Source: an uncultured Rivularia sp. (GTDB lineage Bacteria > Cyanobacteriota > Cyanobacteriia > Cyanobacteriales > Nostocaceae). From it: a DNA stretch of 64,000 bases. Below are positions 53,433 to 63,998 of this stretch, one piece after another. Position numbers and translations under genes: made by a program. Position 1 is the first letter of the stretch; the number at the start of each line of letters is the position of its first letter. The stretch lies in contig OY762007.1 of assembly GCA_963665115.1 (NCBI GenBank), forward strand, positions 5,120,001-5,184,000, written 5' to 3'. The notes below the pieces were generated by a model. It was not told where the DNA came from and did no database searches. It worked only from the letters and a program-made list of their open reading frames with translations.

Positions 53433-55496
53433 ATGGAAGTAATCTATCAATATGCTTGGCTGATTCCAGTTTTACCGCTTTTAGGAGCGATGCTGGTAGG
53501 CTTAGGCTTAATCTCGTTTAATCAGGTGACTAACCGCCTACGACAGCTAAATGCCGTATTAATTATTTCTTTAATGGCAGCAGCAATGGGGCTGTCGTTT
53601 AGTTTGTTGTGGAGTCAAATTCAAGGACACCCGACTTATACGCGCACCTTGGAATGGGCAGCAGCAGGTAGCTTCCACTTGAATATGGGCTATACCGTTG
53701 ACCACCTTACAGCAGTAATGCTGGCGATTGTTACCAGCGTAGCCGTGTTAGTGATGGTGTACACCGACGGCTACATGGCTCACGATCCGGGCTACGTCAG
53801 GTTTTACGCCTATTTGAGTTTGTTTGGCTCCTCAATGTTAGGTTTGGTAGTTAGTCCGAACCTAGTACAAATTTATATATTCTGGGAACTGGTAGGGATG
53901 TGTTCCTACTTGCTGGTTGGCTTCTGGTACGATCGCAAGTCAGCAGCAGATGCAGCCCAAAAAGCGTTTGTTACCAACCGAGTTGGTGACTTTGGCTTGT
54001 TGTTGGGCATCTTAGGACTTTTTTGGGCCACGGGAAGTTTCGAGTTCGAGATAATGGGCGATCGCCTAGCAGAACTCGTACAAACTGGTTCTTTAAGCAA
54101 TGCTCTGGCGATTTTGTTTGCGATATTGGTCTTCTTAGGTCCTGTAGCGAAGTCGGCTCAGTTTCCGTTGCACGTTTGGCTGCCGGATGCAATGGAAGGT
54201 CCTACCCCCATTTCCGCTTTGATTCACGCGGCGACAATGGTGGCAGCTGGCGTTTTCTTAATTGCCCGGATGTACCCGGTATTTGAAAACGTTCCAACAG
54301 CAATGAACGTAATTGCTTATGTTGGAGCATTTACGGCGTTTATGGGGGCAACAATTGCCGTTACCCAAAACGACATCAAAAAAGGTTTGGCTTACTCGAC
54401 CATTTCCCAACTTGGCTATATGGTGTTGGCGATGGGAGTAGGTGCTTATACCGCCGGTTTCTTTCATTTGATGACTCATGCTTACTTCAAGGCGATGCTG
54501 TTCCTTGGTTCCGGTTCGGTAATTCACGGAATGGAAGGAGTTGTAGGTCACGATCCAGTTGTGGCGCAGGATATGCGAGCAATGGGCGGACTGCGGAAGT
54601 ATATGCCAGTTACGGCAATTACCTTTTTGATTGGTTGCTTGGCAATTTCAGGTATTCCACCTTTCGCTGGATTCTGGTCAAAAGATGAAATTCTTGGTTC
54701 AGCCTTTGCAGTTAATCCATTTTTGTGGTTCGTAGGTTGGTTAACTGCCGGACTTACCGCTTTCTATATGTTTAGAATGTATTTCATGACATTTGAAGGC
54801 AAATTCAAGGGCAAAGATGAAAGTATTTTGCAGCAGTTGACTAAACCAGCAGTTGCAGCCAATTTTGGCCCTGGGGCAATGAAGCAGGGAGAATTGGCAG
54901 AAACTCATGACGACCATTCACACGAGAGTCACGGACACAGCGATACCCCCCATGAGTCCCCGTGGACGATGACTTTACCTTTAGCTATTTTGGCAATTCC
55001 TTCGATGCTAATTGGTTTGGTAGGAACTCCTTATAAAAACTATTTTGAGGAGTTTATCTATCCACCCAGCGAAACTTTAGCTGAAGTGATGGAAAAAACT
55101 GCTGAATTCGATGCCACCGAGTTTTATACGATGGCAGGAATTTCCGTGGCGATCGCCGTTACGGGAATCATCTTGGCAGTGTTGATGTATCGAGTCAAAA
55201 AAATCGACCCAGCAGCCATTGCAGCCAAATTTCCATTGCTTTACAAGCTATCTCTCAACAAATGGTACTTCGATGATATTTACCATCGCGTATTCGTTGT
55301 TGGCTTGCGTCGTTTAGCCAGACAAGTATTGGAAGTTGACTTCCGCGTTGTCGATGGTGCTGTTAACCTCACCGGAATTTTCACCCTTTTCAGTGGTGAA
55401 AGTCTAAAGTACATAGAAACCGGACGCGCACAACTCTACGCCTTGATTATCTTTGGAGCCGTTTTGGGCTTAGTAATTGTCTTTGGTGTTACCTGA
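53433..55496 (+). CDS. ndhF1: NAD(P)H-quinone oxidoreductase subunit 5 (NdhF1)
   Basis: AKSAQFPLHVWLPDAMEGPTPISALIHAATM; His-rich loop; NKWYFD. Confidence 0.95.
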   Translation: MEVIYQYAWLIPVLPLLGAMLVGLGLISFNQVTNRLRQLNAVLIISLMAAAMGLSFSLLWSQIQGHPTYTRTLEWAAAGSFHLNMGYTVDHLTAVMLAIVTSVAVLVMVYTDGYMAHDPGYVRFYAYLSLFGSSMLGLVVSPNLVQIYIFWELVGMCSYLLVGFWYDRKSAADAAQKAFVTNRVGDFGLLLGILGLFWATGSFEFEIMGDRLAELVQTGSLSNALAILFAILVFLGPVAKSAQFPLHVWLPDAMEGPTPISALIHAATMVAAGVFLIARMYPVFENVPTAMNVIAYVGAFTAFMGATIAVTQNDIKKGLAYSTISQLGYMVLAMGVGAYTAGFFHLMTHAYFKAMLFLGSGSVIHGMEGVVGHDPVVAQDMRAMGGLRKYMPVTAITFLIGCLAISGIPPFAGFWSKDEILGSAFAVNPFLWFVGWLTAGLTAFYMFRMYFMTFEGKFKGKDESILQQLTKPAVAANFGPGAMKQGELAETHDDHSHESHGHSDTPHESPWTMTLPLAILAIPSMLIGLVGTPYKNYFEEFIYPPSETLAEVMEKTAEFDATEFYTMAGISVAIAVTGIILAVLMYRVKKIDPAAIAAKFPLLYKLSLNKWYFDDIYHRVFVVGLRRLARQVLEVDFRVVDGAVNLTGIFTLFSGESLKYIETGRAQLYALIIFGAVLGLVIVFGVT

Positions 55497-55545
55497 TGTA
55501 GAAATGTCATATGTTACGTTTCTACTTGTGAATTAGGTTAATAAG

Positions 55546-55586
55546 GATGAAGGCAGAAAAATTAGTTTATCTGCCTTCATCTTTTT
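55546..55586 (+). terminator. Rho-independent terminator after ndhF1
   Basis: GATGAAGGCAGA...TCTGCCTTCATC followed by TTTTT. Confidence 0.7.
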
Positions 55587-55825
55587 GAGCTTAGAATCTT
55601 GGAAGATGGGGAGACAATGAGAGATGGAGTTATGAGTTATGAGTTATGAGTTATGAGTTATGAGTTACCCATTACCTATTACCTATTCCCTATGCCCAAT
55701 TCCCTATTCCCTACTTTCAAATTTTGTTAAATCAACCGGAACATTAACGCCAAATCGAAAAAAAACTGCTAATTAATAGCTAGTAGTTGATAGCCAAAAT
55801 TTATTATTCCTTCCTAACCATTTCG

Positions 55826-57397
55826 ATGAATATAGCTAATTTTCCGTGGCTAACAACGATTATTTTGTTGCCCATAGCAGCATCGCTGTTAGTTCCTATC
55901 ATCCCGGATAAAGACGGTAAAACAGTGCGCTGGTTTGCCCTCATAGTCGGGCTGATCGACTTTGCGCTGATTGTTACCGCTTTTTACACTCAGTACGACT
56001 TCTCAAATCCAGATTTGCAACTGGTAGAAAGTTATTCTTGGGTTCCCCAACTGGGTTTAAATTGGTCGGTAGGGGCAGATGGCTTATCAATGCCTTTAAT
56101 TATTTTGACCGGATTCATTACCACGCTGGCGGCTTTAGCAGCTTGGCCAGTTACCTTTAAACCCAAGCTATTCTACTTTTTGATACTAGCAATGTACGGC
56201 GCACAAATAGCCGTGTTTGCAGTTCAAGATATGCTGTTATTTTTCCTAGTGTGGGAACTCGAATTGATTCCGGTTTACCTCCTATTGTCAATTTGGGGAG
56301 GTAAAAAGCGGCATTATGCAGCCACTAAGTTTATTTTGTATACCGCTGGTGCTTCGTTATTTATCTTGCTTGCATCCCTAACGATGGCATTTTACGGCGA
56401 TAACATTACATTTGATATGGCAACGTTAGCCGCAAAAGATTTTCCCCTGAAGCTGCAACTTGGGCTGTATGCAGCTTTCTTCATAGCTTATGCGGTTAAA
56501 CTACCCGTTATTCCCCTACATACTTGGCTGCCAGATGCCCACGGTGAAGCTACAGCCCCCGTGCATATGTTGCTGGCTGGGATTTTGTTAAAAATGGGCG
56601 GTTATGCATTGATTCGGATGAATGCCCAAATGCTTCCCGATGCACACGCTTATTTTGCGCCAGCTTTAATAATTTTGGGGGTTGTGAATATTATCTACGC
56701 CGCCTTAACGTCCTTTGCACAACGTAACCTGAAGCGTAAAATCGCCTACTCTTCAATTTCTCACATGGGCTTTGTGCTGATTGGGATTGGCTGCTTCACC
56801 GATTTAGGTTTGAGCGGAGCAGTACTGCAAATGGTTTCCCACGGATTAATTGGAGCGAGTTTGTTCTTCTTAGTTGGTGCGACTTACGATAGAACCCACA
56901 CCTTGATGCTCGATGAAATGGGCGGTGTTGGTAAAAGAATGAGTAAAATCTTTGCCATGTTTACCACCTGTTCGATGGCTTCTTTAGCATTACCAGGAAT
57001 GAGTGGTTTTGTGGCAGAGTTGATGATATTCGTTGGTTTTACAAGCAGCGATGCTTATAGCAACACCTTCAAGATTTTCGTGGTGTTCTTAATGGCAGTA
57101 GGTATAATTTTGACTCCGATTTACCTGCTATCAATGTTGCGGGAGATTTTCTACGGCGAAGAAAACAAAGAATTGGTTTCCCATCAAAACCTCATAGATG
57201 CCGAACCCCGCGAAATATTCATTGTTGCTTGTTTGTTGATACCAATTATCGGAATTGGTTTGTATCCGAAGATTTTGACTCAAATTTACGATGCGACAAC
57301 AGTTCAATTAACTGCTAGATTGCGCGATTCCGTACCGAGTTTGGCTCAACGGGAAGTGCCTGCGGTGTCCATGAGTGCGCCGGAGATTGGTAATTAG
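55826..57397 (+). CDS. ndhD1: NAD(P)H-quinone oxidoreductase subunit 4 (NdhD1)
   Basis: [29 protein letters not shown]. Confidence 0.93.
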   Translation: MNIANFPWLTTIILLPIAASLLVPIIPDKDGKTVRWFALIVGLIDFALIVTAFYTQYDFSNPDLQLVESYSWVPQLGLNWSVGADGLSMPLIILTGFITTLAALAAWPVTFKPKLFYFLILAMYGAQIAVFAVQDMLLFFLVWELELIPVYLLLSIWGGKKRHYAATKFILYTAGASLFILLASLTMAFYGDNITFDMATLAAKDFPLKLQLGLYAAFFIAYAVKLPVIPLHTWLPDAHGEATAPVHMLLAGILLKMGGYALIRMNAQMLPDAHAYFAPALIILGVVNIIYAALTSFAQRNLKRKIAYSSISHMGFVLIGIGCFTDLGLSGAVLQMVSHGLIGASLFFLVGATYDRTHTLMLDEMGGVGKRMSKIFAMFTTCSMASLALPGMSGFVAELMIFVGFTSSDAYSNTFKIFVVFLMAVGIILTPIYLLSMLREIFYGEENKELVSHQNLIDAEPREIFIVACLLIPIIGIGLYPKILTQIYDATTVQLTARLRDSVPSLAQREVPAVSMSAPEIGN

Positions 57398-57427
57398 TTT
57401 TTAGTTTGAAGTAATTTTATTTAATTA

Positions 57428-57463
57428 AAGGGATGGGTTTAATTAAAACCTGTCCTTTTTTTT
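57428..57463 (+). terminator. Rho-independent terminator after ndhD1
   Basis: AAAGGGATGGGTTTT...AAAACCTGTCCTTT followed by a T-run. Confidence 0.65.
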
Positions 57464-57504
57464 GTGGGGTTGTGGGGATAATTGCCCGCAATAACGTTCG
57501 CATA

Positions 57505-57642
57505 ACGCCCGCAGGTTGGAAACCTGGGGCTACAGATACAAAGCCCGCCTGCGCGGGCTAATGTAATACATATTTCTTATCGGGTGTGTGACGCTTTGAT
57601 AATTTTTGTTGGTGGTTATAAGACTTCTAGCGTCACGCACCA
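57505..57642. repeat. Cluster of REP-like hairpins
   Basis: CAGGTTGGAAACCTG-GGGCTACAGATACAAAGCCCGCCTGCGCGGGCT (same family as the core of 20501-20663) and GGTGTGTGACGCT...AGCGTCACGCACC. Confidence 0.65.
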
Positions 57643-57701
57643 ACTGATTTTAAGGAGGAGAGAGTGATTTTACATAGCAAAATGCTAAGTAGGGTCGGCA
57701 T

Positions 57702-57893
57702 TCATTTCAACGTTTTTACACCTGAATAAGCCAGAATTTTCGCATCAGCAGTTAGCAAGGGAGAATCATAAAATCTAGCTGTGGCAACAATTATCTGGTC
57801 AAAAGGGTCACTATGAAATCCAGATAACTGGGTTGAATCAATAACTATGTTCTGAACCCACCACACCCAAATATGTGTATCAATTACAATCAT
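57702..57893 (-). pseudogene. vapC: VapC/PIN toxin with internal deletion
   Basis: Retains N-terminal IVIDTHIWVWW and C-terminal HSDPFDQIIVATA..LLTAD, but is only 63 aa. Confidence 0.75.
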
Positions 57894-58141
57894 TGCAAAA
57901 ATTCCCAATCTTCTAAGGCAACGGGTTCTGTTGGGTTATCGTAATTATATGGCTGTGTATTATGTAGTGGATAAAGCTTTTTTTCTGTTTGCTGTTGAGG
58001 ATTAAAGTTAGAGCCAGTATCATCTTTTAATTGACGTTTGGCATGGCTAACTTTGATGAAACGAATAAAATCTAATGCTTCAGTTAATAATTCTGAAGGT
58101 AAAGATTCTATTTCTTGAATTAGTAATTCTTTTTTAATCAT
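57890..58141 (-). CDS. DUF2281-like antitoxin
   Basis: ELLIQEIESLP..LL.EALDFIRFI; ATGA overlap with the PIN gene. Confidence 0.75.
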   Translation of the reverse strand: MIKKELLIQEIESLPSELLTEALDFIRFIKVSHAKRQLKDDTGSNFNPQQQTEKKLYPLHNTQPYNYDNPTEPVALEDWEFLQ

Positions 58142-58278
58142 ATTAAGTAAACTTCCTTATTTATATATACATAACAATTTAAACCATAAGCCATACCAAC
58201 CCATATGTAACCCTGAAGTCCGCGCTGCTTCACCGCGTTTTGCATCCCCAACATCTCTAATTAACAAAAATAAAAGCC

Positions 58279-59264
58279 ATGAACCGAGCAAGTCAATATC
58301 TTTTGGAATTAGCAAAACAGAAGATACAGCCGTATATAGCAAATCCTCAAGCCAGAGCAGCTATGATTACAGGTTCTACTGCTAAAGGACAAGCGGATTT
58401 TTATTCTGATGTAGAGATGTTTATTTATTATGACCAATTACCTTCTAAAGAAGAACTGCAATTTGCTCGTCAGCAAAATAAAGGTTCTCAACCCATCCGT
58501 ACTATTGACGATCGCAGTGCCGGATGGTTTGGAGAATTTTATTATATCGATGGGGTAGAATTCCAGATTGGTAATAAGCTGCTACGCATTTAATTTGTAT
58601 AGTACTAGCGAGCAAGATGCTCGCACTACAACCTTTTCAAATTTTCGCATTATTCAATTTAGCTGCACATCAGCTTATGACGATTGAGTTTTGGGAACAA
58701 GACATGGCAATGATATTACAAGAACTTGATACTTCTCCAATACAAAAAGCTCTTTTAGGAATGCTTGACTGTATTCCGGTGTACGGTGAGGATTTGATTT
58801 CACAATGGAAAAAACAGGTTACTGACTACCCAGATGCGCTAGCGCGAGCGATGGTAGAAAAATATTTAAATTTTGTCCCGCTTTGGGCTTTGCAAGAACA
58901 GTTGGTTGCAAGAGATACTACACTATTCCAGCATCAGATACGTTTAGAAGTAGGACAAAATATTCTTGGTGTTCTAGCTGGACTGAATCGTTTGTATTAT
59001 ACGACTTTTCAGTTTAAACGCATGAAAAAGTTTATCGAACAAATGAATATTGCTCCTCAAAATTTGTATATACGATTAGAAAGTCTTTATCACCAAGAAC
59101 CTTTATCTACTGCTAACCAATTAAAAGCACTCGTAGCTGAAACTGTAGAATTGATTGAGTTAGATATGCCTGAAATAGATACATCAAAAGTCAAGCAATC
59201 GCTTGAACGTCAAGAGCATACCTGGGAAGCAAAACCAGTAATCAAAAAGAATAAGAATGAATAA
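58279..59264 (+). pseudogene. Pol-beta-like nucleotidyltransferase protein interrupted by a MITE
   Basis: GSTAKGQADFYSDVE motif; removing 58577-58677 restores QIGN-MTIEFWE in frame. Confidence 0.8.
58577..58675. mobile_element. 99-bp MITE with TA target duplication
   Basis: TA-AGCTGCTACGCA...TGCACATCAGCT-TA; empty site reconstructs an intact reading frame. Confidence 0.88.
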
Positions 59265-59309
59265 AGAACAAAAAGGTTTTTTATTGAAGAAATGACCACT
59301 GATACTTAA

Positions 59310-59396
59310 CAACGCCGTCAAGAAACGGAAAATAGAGCGCAAATGCTGGCGGAACGTTTAAAAGCCTTTGGCATAGATCCAGATAAGCTGGGTTAA
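59310..59396 (+). pseudogene. C-terminal fragment of a Uma2-type endonuclease / coiled-coil tail
   Basis: QRRQETENRAQMLAERLKAFGIDPDKLG*, preceded by an in-frame stop. Confidence 0.55.
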
Positions 59397-59513
59397 TAGT
59401 GAAACTACACCAAATTGTAAAATACACTGATAAAGCCGTAACATTGTGTACTAGTGAATTTATAGAGTAATTTATTTGCTTTATTCTGTAATAGTTTGTT
59501 GTTAACAATTTCT

Positions 59514-59988
59514 ATGAATTTACTAAAGAATAAGTTTCAAGTCGGCATTGCACTTCTAAGTGTTATCGGAAATTTAGCATTTTTACCTAGCGCTGAAGGT
59601 ACCGTAAATAGTAATCTTTCTGTCACGGTTAACGGACTAAAAGATCAAAAAGGACAAGTTTGTTTCAGCCTTTTTTCTAGCAGTCGCGGTTTTCCCAGTA
59701 ATGATAAACGTGCTATTAAAGCGCAGTGCGTCAAGCTTGGAGATAGCAACGTCAAATTAAATATTCCTTCTTTAAAAGCTGGAACTTATGCTCTGGCCAT
59801 GTTTCACGATAAGAATGGTGATGGCAAACTAAATACAAACGGTTTAGGTATCCCTAAAGAAGGTTTCGGATTTTCTCGAAATCCCCGAATTCTTACTGGC
59901 CCCCCCTAAGTTCGGCGATTCGGCTGTATTTGTAGTTGGTTCGAGTACTAATATTCAAATCAATATGAACTACTTTTTTGGTGGTTAA
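59514..59988 (+). CDS. DUF2141 family secreted protein (split by +1 base in C7 run at 59900-59906)
   Basis: GTYALAMFHDKNGDGKLNTNGLGIPKEGFGFSRN; frame repair gives GPPKFGDSA. Confidence 0.85.
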
Positions 59989-60203
59989 TAGAGCAACTGC
60001 AATTTATTACCAGAGGATGTTAAAGATTAATCGGCATTAAGGGAGACGTAGCATTGCTACGTCTCTACATTATTTATTTTTCTAATTCATCATTTATAAT
60101 ACGCTAGTACTATAATTGGTTATAGACTGGCTAATTAGTTTATCCCGGAAGAGTATTTCATATTTGCGGGATAAATTTTCTTATGCTTACCGATCCAACA
60201 CAG

Positions 60204-60308
60204 TAAGTACCTACGCAAAATTAATTGTGTATTGTCGTTGCGAGGAACGAAGCAATCGCAGGGACTTGAAGTTTTCAAAATGTTAAATTAATTTTGCACG
60301 AGTACTTA
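60204..60308. mobile_element. TA-flanked MITE
   Basis: TAAGTACCTACGCAAAATTAATT...AATTAATTTTGCACGAGTACTTA TIRs. Confidence 0.75.
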
Positions 60309-60405
60309 TAAATGTTGATTCAGCGGTTATTGAGGGAATTATATATTTAAAGCCATTAAGGGCAGATTGTAAAAAACATTAATTAGTAAAAGCATTTACG
60401 GGAAC

Positions 60406-61086
60406 ATGGATATTAAATTAGGCTTTGGATCGATTCCAAGATTGCAGTATATTTTTGTGAGCAGAGAAAATGATTACTGCTGGTACGCGCTTTCAGAAGA
60501 AAAAAAGCAGATTCCTATTTACGATAAAGCTTTGACTGGGGTAATAACAGGAATAGAAATTAATAAAAAAGTAGAAACTTCATTTGGAGAAACGGAAAAA
60601 ACCGATTTATATATTCTCGCAGATAAACCTTATGTTGTGCGATCGGGTAGCGATTCCTACTTTTCTAAAGGTTTATTAATGTCTTTAGATAAAGTAAGTG
60701 CTGAAGAATTACAGCATCCACTGACAATTGCAGTTGAACCCGGAGAGAAAAAAATTGTTTTTTGTAAAGTTTACAATCCAGCAACTTACAGGAGTATAGA
60801 TGTAAATTGGGAAGAACATCGAGAAATTAACTGGCAAGTTTTAGGTCAAAATGTCGGTTTAAAAATTAATCAGAAAACACAACTTACTTCCGAGTTTACA
60901 ACTGCCGAATTGCGTGAAAATTTAATTGCTCAATCGGATAAATATTTGAGACTTTTAAATTGGACTACCGAGCAGGGAAGAGAGTATTTACAGCAAAGAT
61001 ATCAAAAACGTTCGCGTCAGCAATTAACTGATGCAGAGCTTCTGGATTTTATTGATTATTTGAAGTTGCAGCCACAGAGGATTTAA
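60406..61086 (+). CDS. Hypothetical protein, beta-rich N-domain plus small helical C-domain
   Basis: 226-aa ORF; C-terminal L.WTTEQGREYL...Y.KRSRQQLTD.ELLDF...L motif. Confidence 0.75.
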   Translation: MDIKLGFGSIPRLQYIFVSRENDYCWYALSEEKKQIPIYDKALTGVITGIEINKKVETSFGETEKTDLYILADKPYVVRSGSDSYFSKGLLMSLDKVSAEELQHPLTIAVEPGEKKIVFCKVYNPATYRSIDVNWEEHREINWQVLGQNVGLKINQKTQLTSEFTTAELRENLIAQSDKYLRLLNWTTEQGREYLQQRYQKRSRQQLTDAELLDFIDYLKLQPQRI

Positions 61087-61206
61087 TAAGAGGGAATAGG
61101 GAATAGGGAATAGGGAATAGGGGGAAGAGGGGGAAGAAGGGGTAGAGGGGGTAGATAATTCCTAACTCTTCACTCCTAACTCCTAACTCCTAACTCCTTA
61201 CTCCCT

Positions 61207-62712
61207 TTAACGCACCCGACAGAATTTCCTATCGGTGTCATCTTTGGGATTTTGCCAAGAGTAAGCAAAATGGCTGACTCCTTTGATATATGGCTTGTAT
61301 TGACTTAAAGCTCGCATTTGTTTTTCCAAAGGTGGACGATTGCTCATGGATTTACCCCAAGCACCTGCTAAGGCTGGAATTATTTGGGTTCCTGGTTTAG
61401 CAGTGTCTATTACTCGCTTTACCTGAGAAACAATACACCGACTAGTGCCGCATTTTCCGTAAGCCATCGGATGCCATTCTAAGGAATTAGGAAATCTATC
61501 CCAAGGTTGTAAGCGTGAATCGTAACCTTTTCCTACTGTTTTATTTCCACCGGGGAAAAATACTACTCCTGCGGGAACTCCTATCTGCTGGGCTGGATAA
61601 GCTGCAAGTGCGACGAAATCCAGAATACCCTGCATGGCATGAGCTACGGAAAGCTGCCACAATTCTGATTGCAGTAAAGGTTGTCTTTCTTGTGGAGAAT
61701 TAAGTGCTTTTTGTTGAATCGGTGGAGTGCGCCCCTGCCATAAGGGTTCTCCTTCTTGAGGATACTGTTTGTCAAGCTTAGCTATATCTGATGATGTAAC
61801 GTATCCCTTGCTCAAAAATAGCCGAATTAGCCCCAATCCTTTGTTATTCAGCGCTCGTTGAAATAATGCTTGTTGAGTTGATTTGCTGTACAACCATAAA
61901 TCTGTAACTCTAGTCGCTATGGAATTTTTACCTGCTTGACGCGGATAGCGCACGTAGTCAAATAATACACCATCAGGACGACGGCGCATTACTTCAGTCA
62001 TCATTTGATAAAAGTCACGCTTAGCCTGCAAATTATAGGGATCGACAAATACTTGAGAGCTGTTATCTACTACATAGAGGCTAGTTTGACCTTTTCCATT
62101 TCGGGCGATCGCCTCTTCTCTGTCTTTACGTCGAGCGTAGGTATAGCCGAAATTAGTGGTAAACATCCAGGAATATACTTTCAATCCCCGTTCGCGCCCT
62201 TTTTGAATGCTTTGCGCTAGTAAATCGATGTTTTCTTGCCCCTTACCGCGAATTACAGAAGGCCATACTGTACTATTCGAGTTTTTTGGTAACAAGACTC
62301 GCCCATCGTAAAAAGTTTCTACATAAACTTGGTTGTAACCTTTGTTAACAACATTATCCATAATTCTGTCAAGTGCCCCTGCTTGAACGTCGCAGGGATA
62401 CAAGCGCAACCAGATTGCTTGGACTTCTGGCCAAGTGCGTTTGCGACAGTCATTTACAGCTTGTGAGTGCTGTCTCACTAATTGCTGATAACGATTTGCG
62501 GCTTCTCGATCGCCTTTTTTTGCCGACAAACGCAACTTTTCTTTTTGCTTGACTGCGGTAGATGATATATGGCAGTTTCTGGTTACTTGTGCGTTTGCTG
62601 GCTGACTTTTTAGGTAAGGAAGAAATAGAGTCGTACTGAAAATTACTGCAAACAGTTGTCGTAAAATTAACTTTGGCTTTGCGACACTCAAGGCAAGCTT
62701 AGACATATTCAC
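61207..62712 (-). CDS. Glycosyl-hydrolase-like 10 (GHL10/DUF187) protein, secreted
   Basis: Signal peptide ANA-Q; GYNQVYVETFYDG, GLKVYSW, DGVLFDYVRYP. Confidence 0.8.
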   Translation of the reverse strand: MNMSKLALSVAKPKLILRQLFAVIFSTTLFLPYLKSQPANAQVTRNCHISSTAVKQKEKLRLSAKKGDREAANRYQQLVRQHSQAVNDCRKRTWPEVQAIWLRLYPCDVQAGALDRIMDNVVNKGYNQVYVETFYDGRVLLPKNSNSTVWPSVIRGKGQENIDLLAQSIQKGRERGLKVYSWMFTTNFGYTYARRKDREEAIARNGKGQTSLYVVDNSSQVFVDPYNLQAKRDFYQMMTEVMRRRPDGVLFDYVRYPRQAGKNSIATRVTDLWLYSKSTQQALFQRALNNKGLGLIRLFLSKGYVTSSDIAKLDKQYPQEGEPLWQGRTPPIQQKALNSPQERQPLLQSELWQLSVAHAMQGILDFVALAAYPAQQIGVPAGVVFFPGGNKTVGKGYDSRLQPWDRFPNSLEWHPMAYGKCGTSRCIVSQVKRVIDTAKPGTQIIPALAGAWGKSMSNRPPLEKQMRALSQYKPYIKGVSHFAYSWQNPKDDTDRKFCRVR

Positions 62713-63396
62713 TAATAAAATTAAAAATTATTACCAACCCCAATACACTTTTCCACGGGTAACGTGTATTTTATTACATAATTTCGTAATAGGAGCTTTG
62801 AAGCCTTGATTTTATAGACTTCTAATATCCTATTTCTGTTGCCGTATATCATTATTCGATTTTTTCTAAATGTCAACTTAGCAATTTAAAGCAATTATAT
62901 GTTCGTTTTATTGCTCGTCAATAATACCGTAGTATCTACAGCTAGATATAATACTTGCATTTTTCGACAATTAAGTTAGCTCGTATATTTCTTTGTTACC
63001 AATATCGAAAATACACAAGGTGTTAATACTTGCGTCAAAAACTACTCCTTTCTCGGTTTAAGATTACAGATGGAATTTCTTCTCTCCTGTTAAAAGCTTG
63101 CTCAATTGAGTAATCTTCTAACGGGATAACAGTAAGACTTTAAAACTAGAAATTATAGCCCACAATCTATAAAATTGAACTGCAAGCGATAGTTTATTTT
63201 GTATCATCGTTCTGTAATACAAATGAAATATTGATGATTATTAGAATTAATCACTATTTTGATTAAATATTTTTAAAGCAAATAAAGAATAATTGATAAT
63301 AAATTAATAATAATTAAAACTTCATAAATTGTTACGGTTAGTAGTTGTTTTTTAGATTTGGAACCACTAACCGCGAACAAAAAAATTATCCTGTGA

Positions 63397-63795
63397 CTAA
63401 GCACCACGTCTGAGCGCAGTTTCTACTTGCTTAAACTCTTTTTCCAAGCGATTTTTTAGCTTTTCAGGTACGGGACGATTTGGATAAGAACTGTAATGTC
63501 CGGCTAAAGAATTAAGAGCAGTTCGCATGGTTGTAAAGGAGCTTAAACCCGATACAGAATTGTTACGCTGATAGCGAGCTGCAAACTCATTAATCTTTTT
63601 ACGTGCATCTGCTTGAACTGCTGCTTTATCAGCGGCATCATCAGGTGAATCTAAAGCTTGTCTCAATACACTGACTATATTTAGAGTGTCTTGACGATAA
63701 TCTCCACTTAGTTGATCTGGACTACCGGAACATCCAGTTAAGCCTATGACTACAACTAAAACTAGGGCGAATAAACCTGACCAATAGCGTTTCAT
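63397..63795 (-). CDS. psb27: Photosystem II assembly lipoprotein Psb27
   Basis: Lipobox LTGC; SFTTMRTALNSLAGHY; PNRPVPEKLK.RL. Confidence 0.95.
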   Translation of the reverse strand: MKRYWSGLFALVLVVVIGLTGCSGSPDQLSGDYRQDTLNIVSVLRQALDSPDDAADKAAVQADARKKINEFAARYQRNNSVSGLSSFTTMRTALNSLAGHYSSYPNRPVPEKLKNRLEKEFKQVETALRRGA

Positions 63796-63886
63796 ATGCA
63801 TGGTTTGTGAACAAATACTTAAATCAACGTCCATCGTATCTTGTATTTGTATCGTAGGGATCGTTTTTGAAGAAGCATGAAGCAGT

Positions 63887-63998
63887 GAGTAGGGAGTAGG
63901 GAGTTAGGAGTTAGGAGTAGGGAGTAGGGAGTAGGGAGTAGGGAGTAGGGAGTAGGGAGTTAGGAGTAGGGAGTAGGGAGTTAGGAGTAGGGAGTTAG
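63887..63998. repeat. STRR heptamer array (GGGAGTA/AGGAGTT)
   Basis: Tandem 7-mers, reverse complement of the 3558-3893 unit. Confidence 0.9.

Noticed and set aside
59943..59956. LexA-box-like AGTACTAATATTC
   Set aside because: Lies inside the repaired DUF2141 coding region, ~450 bp from the next start; likely chance
1889..62109. Frequent GCGATCGC palindromes
   Set aside because: HIP1, a well-known genome-wide cyanobacterial feature and not locus-specific
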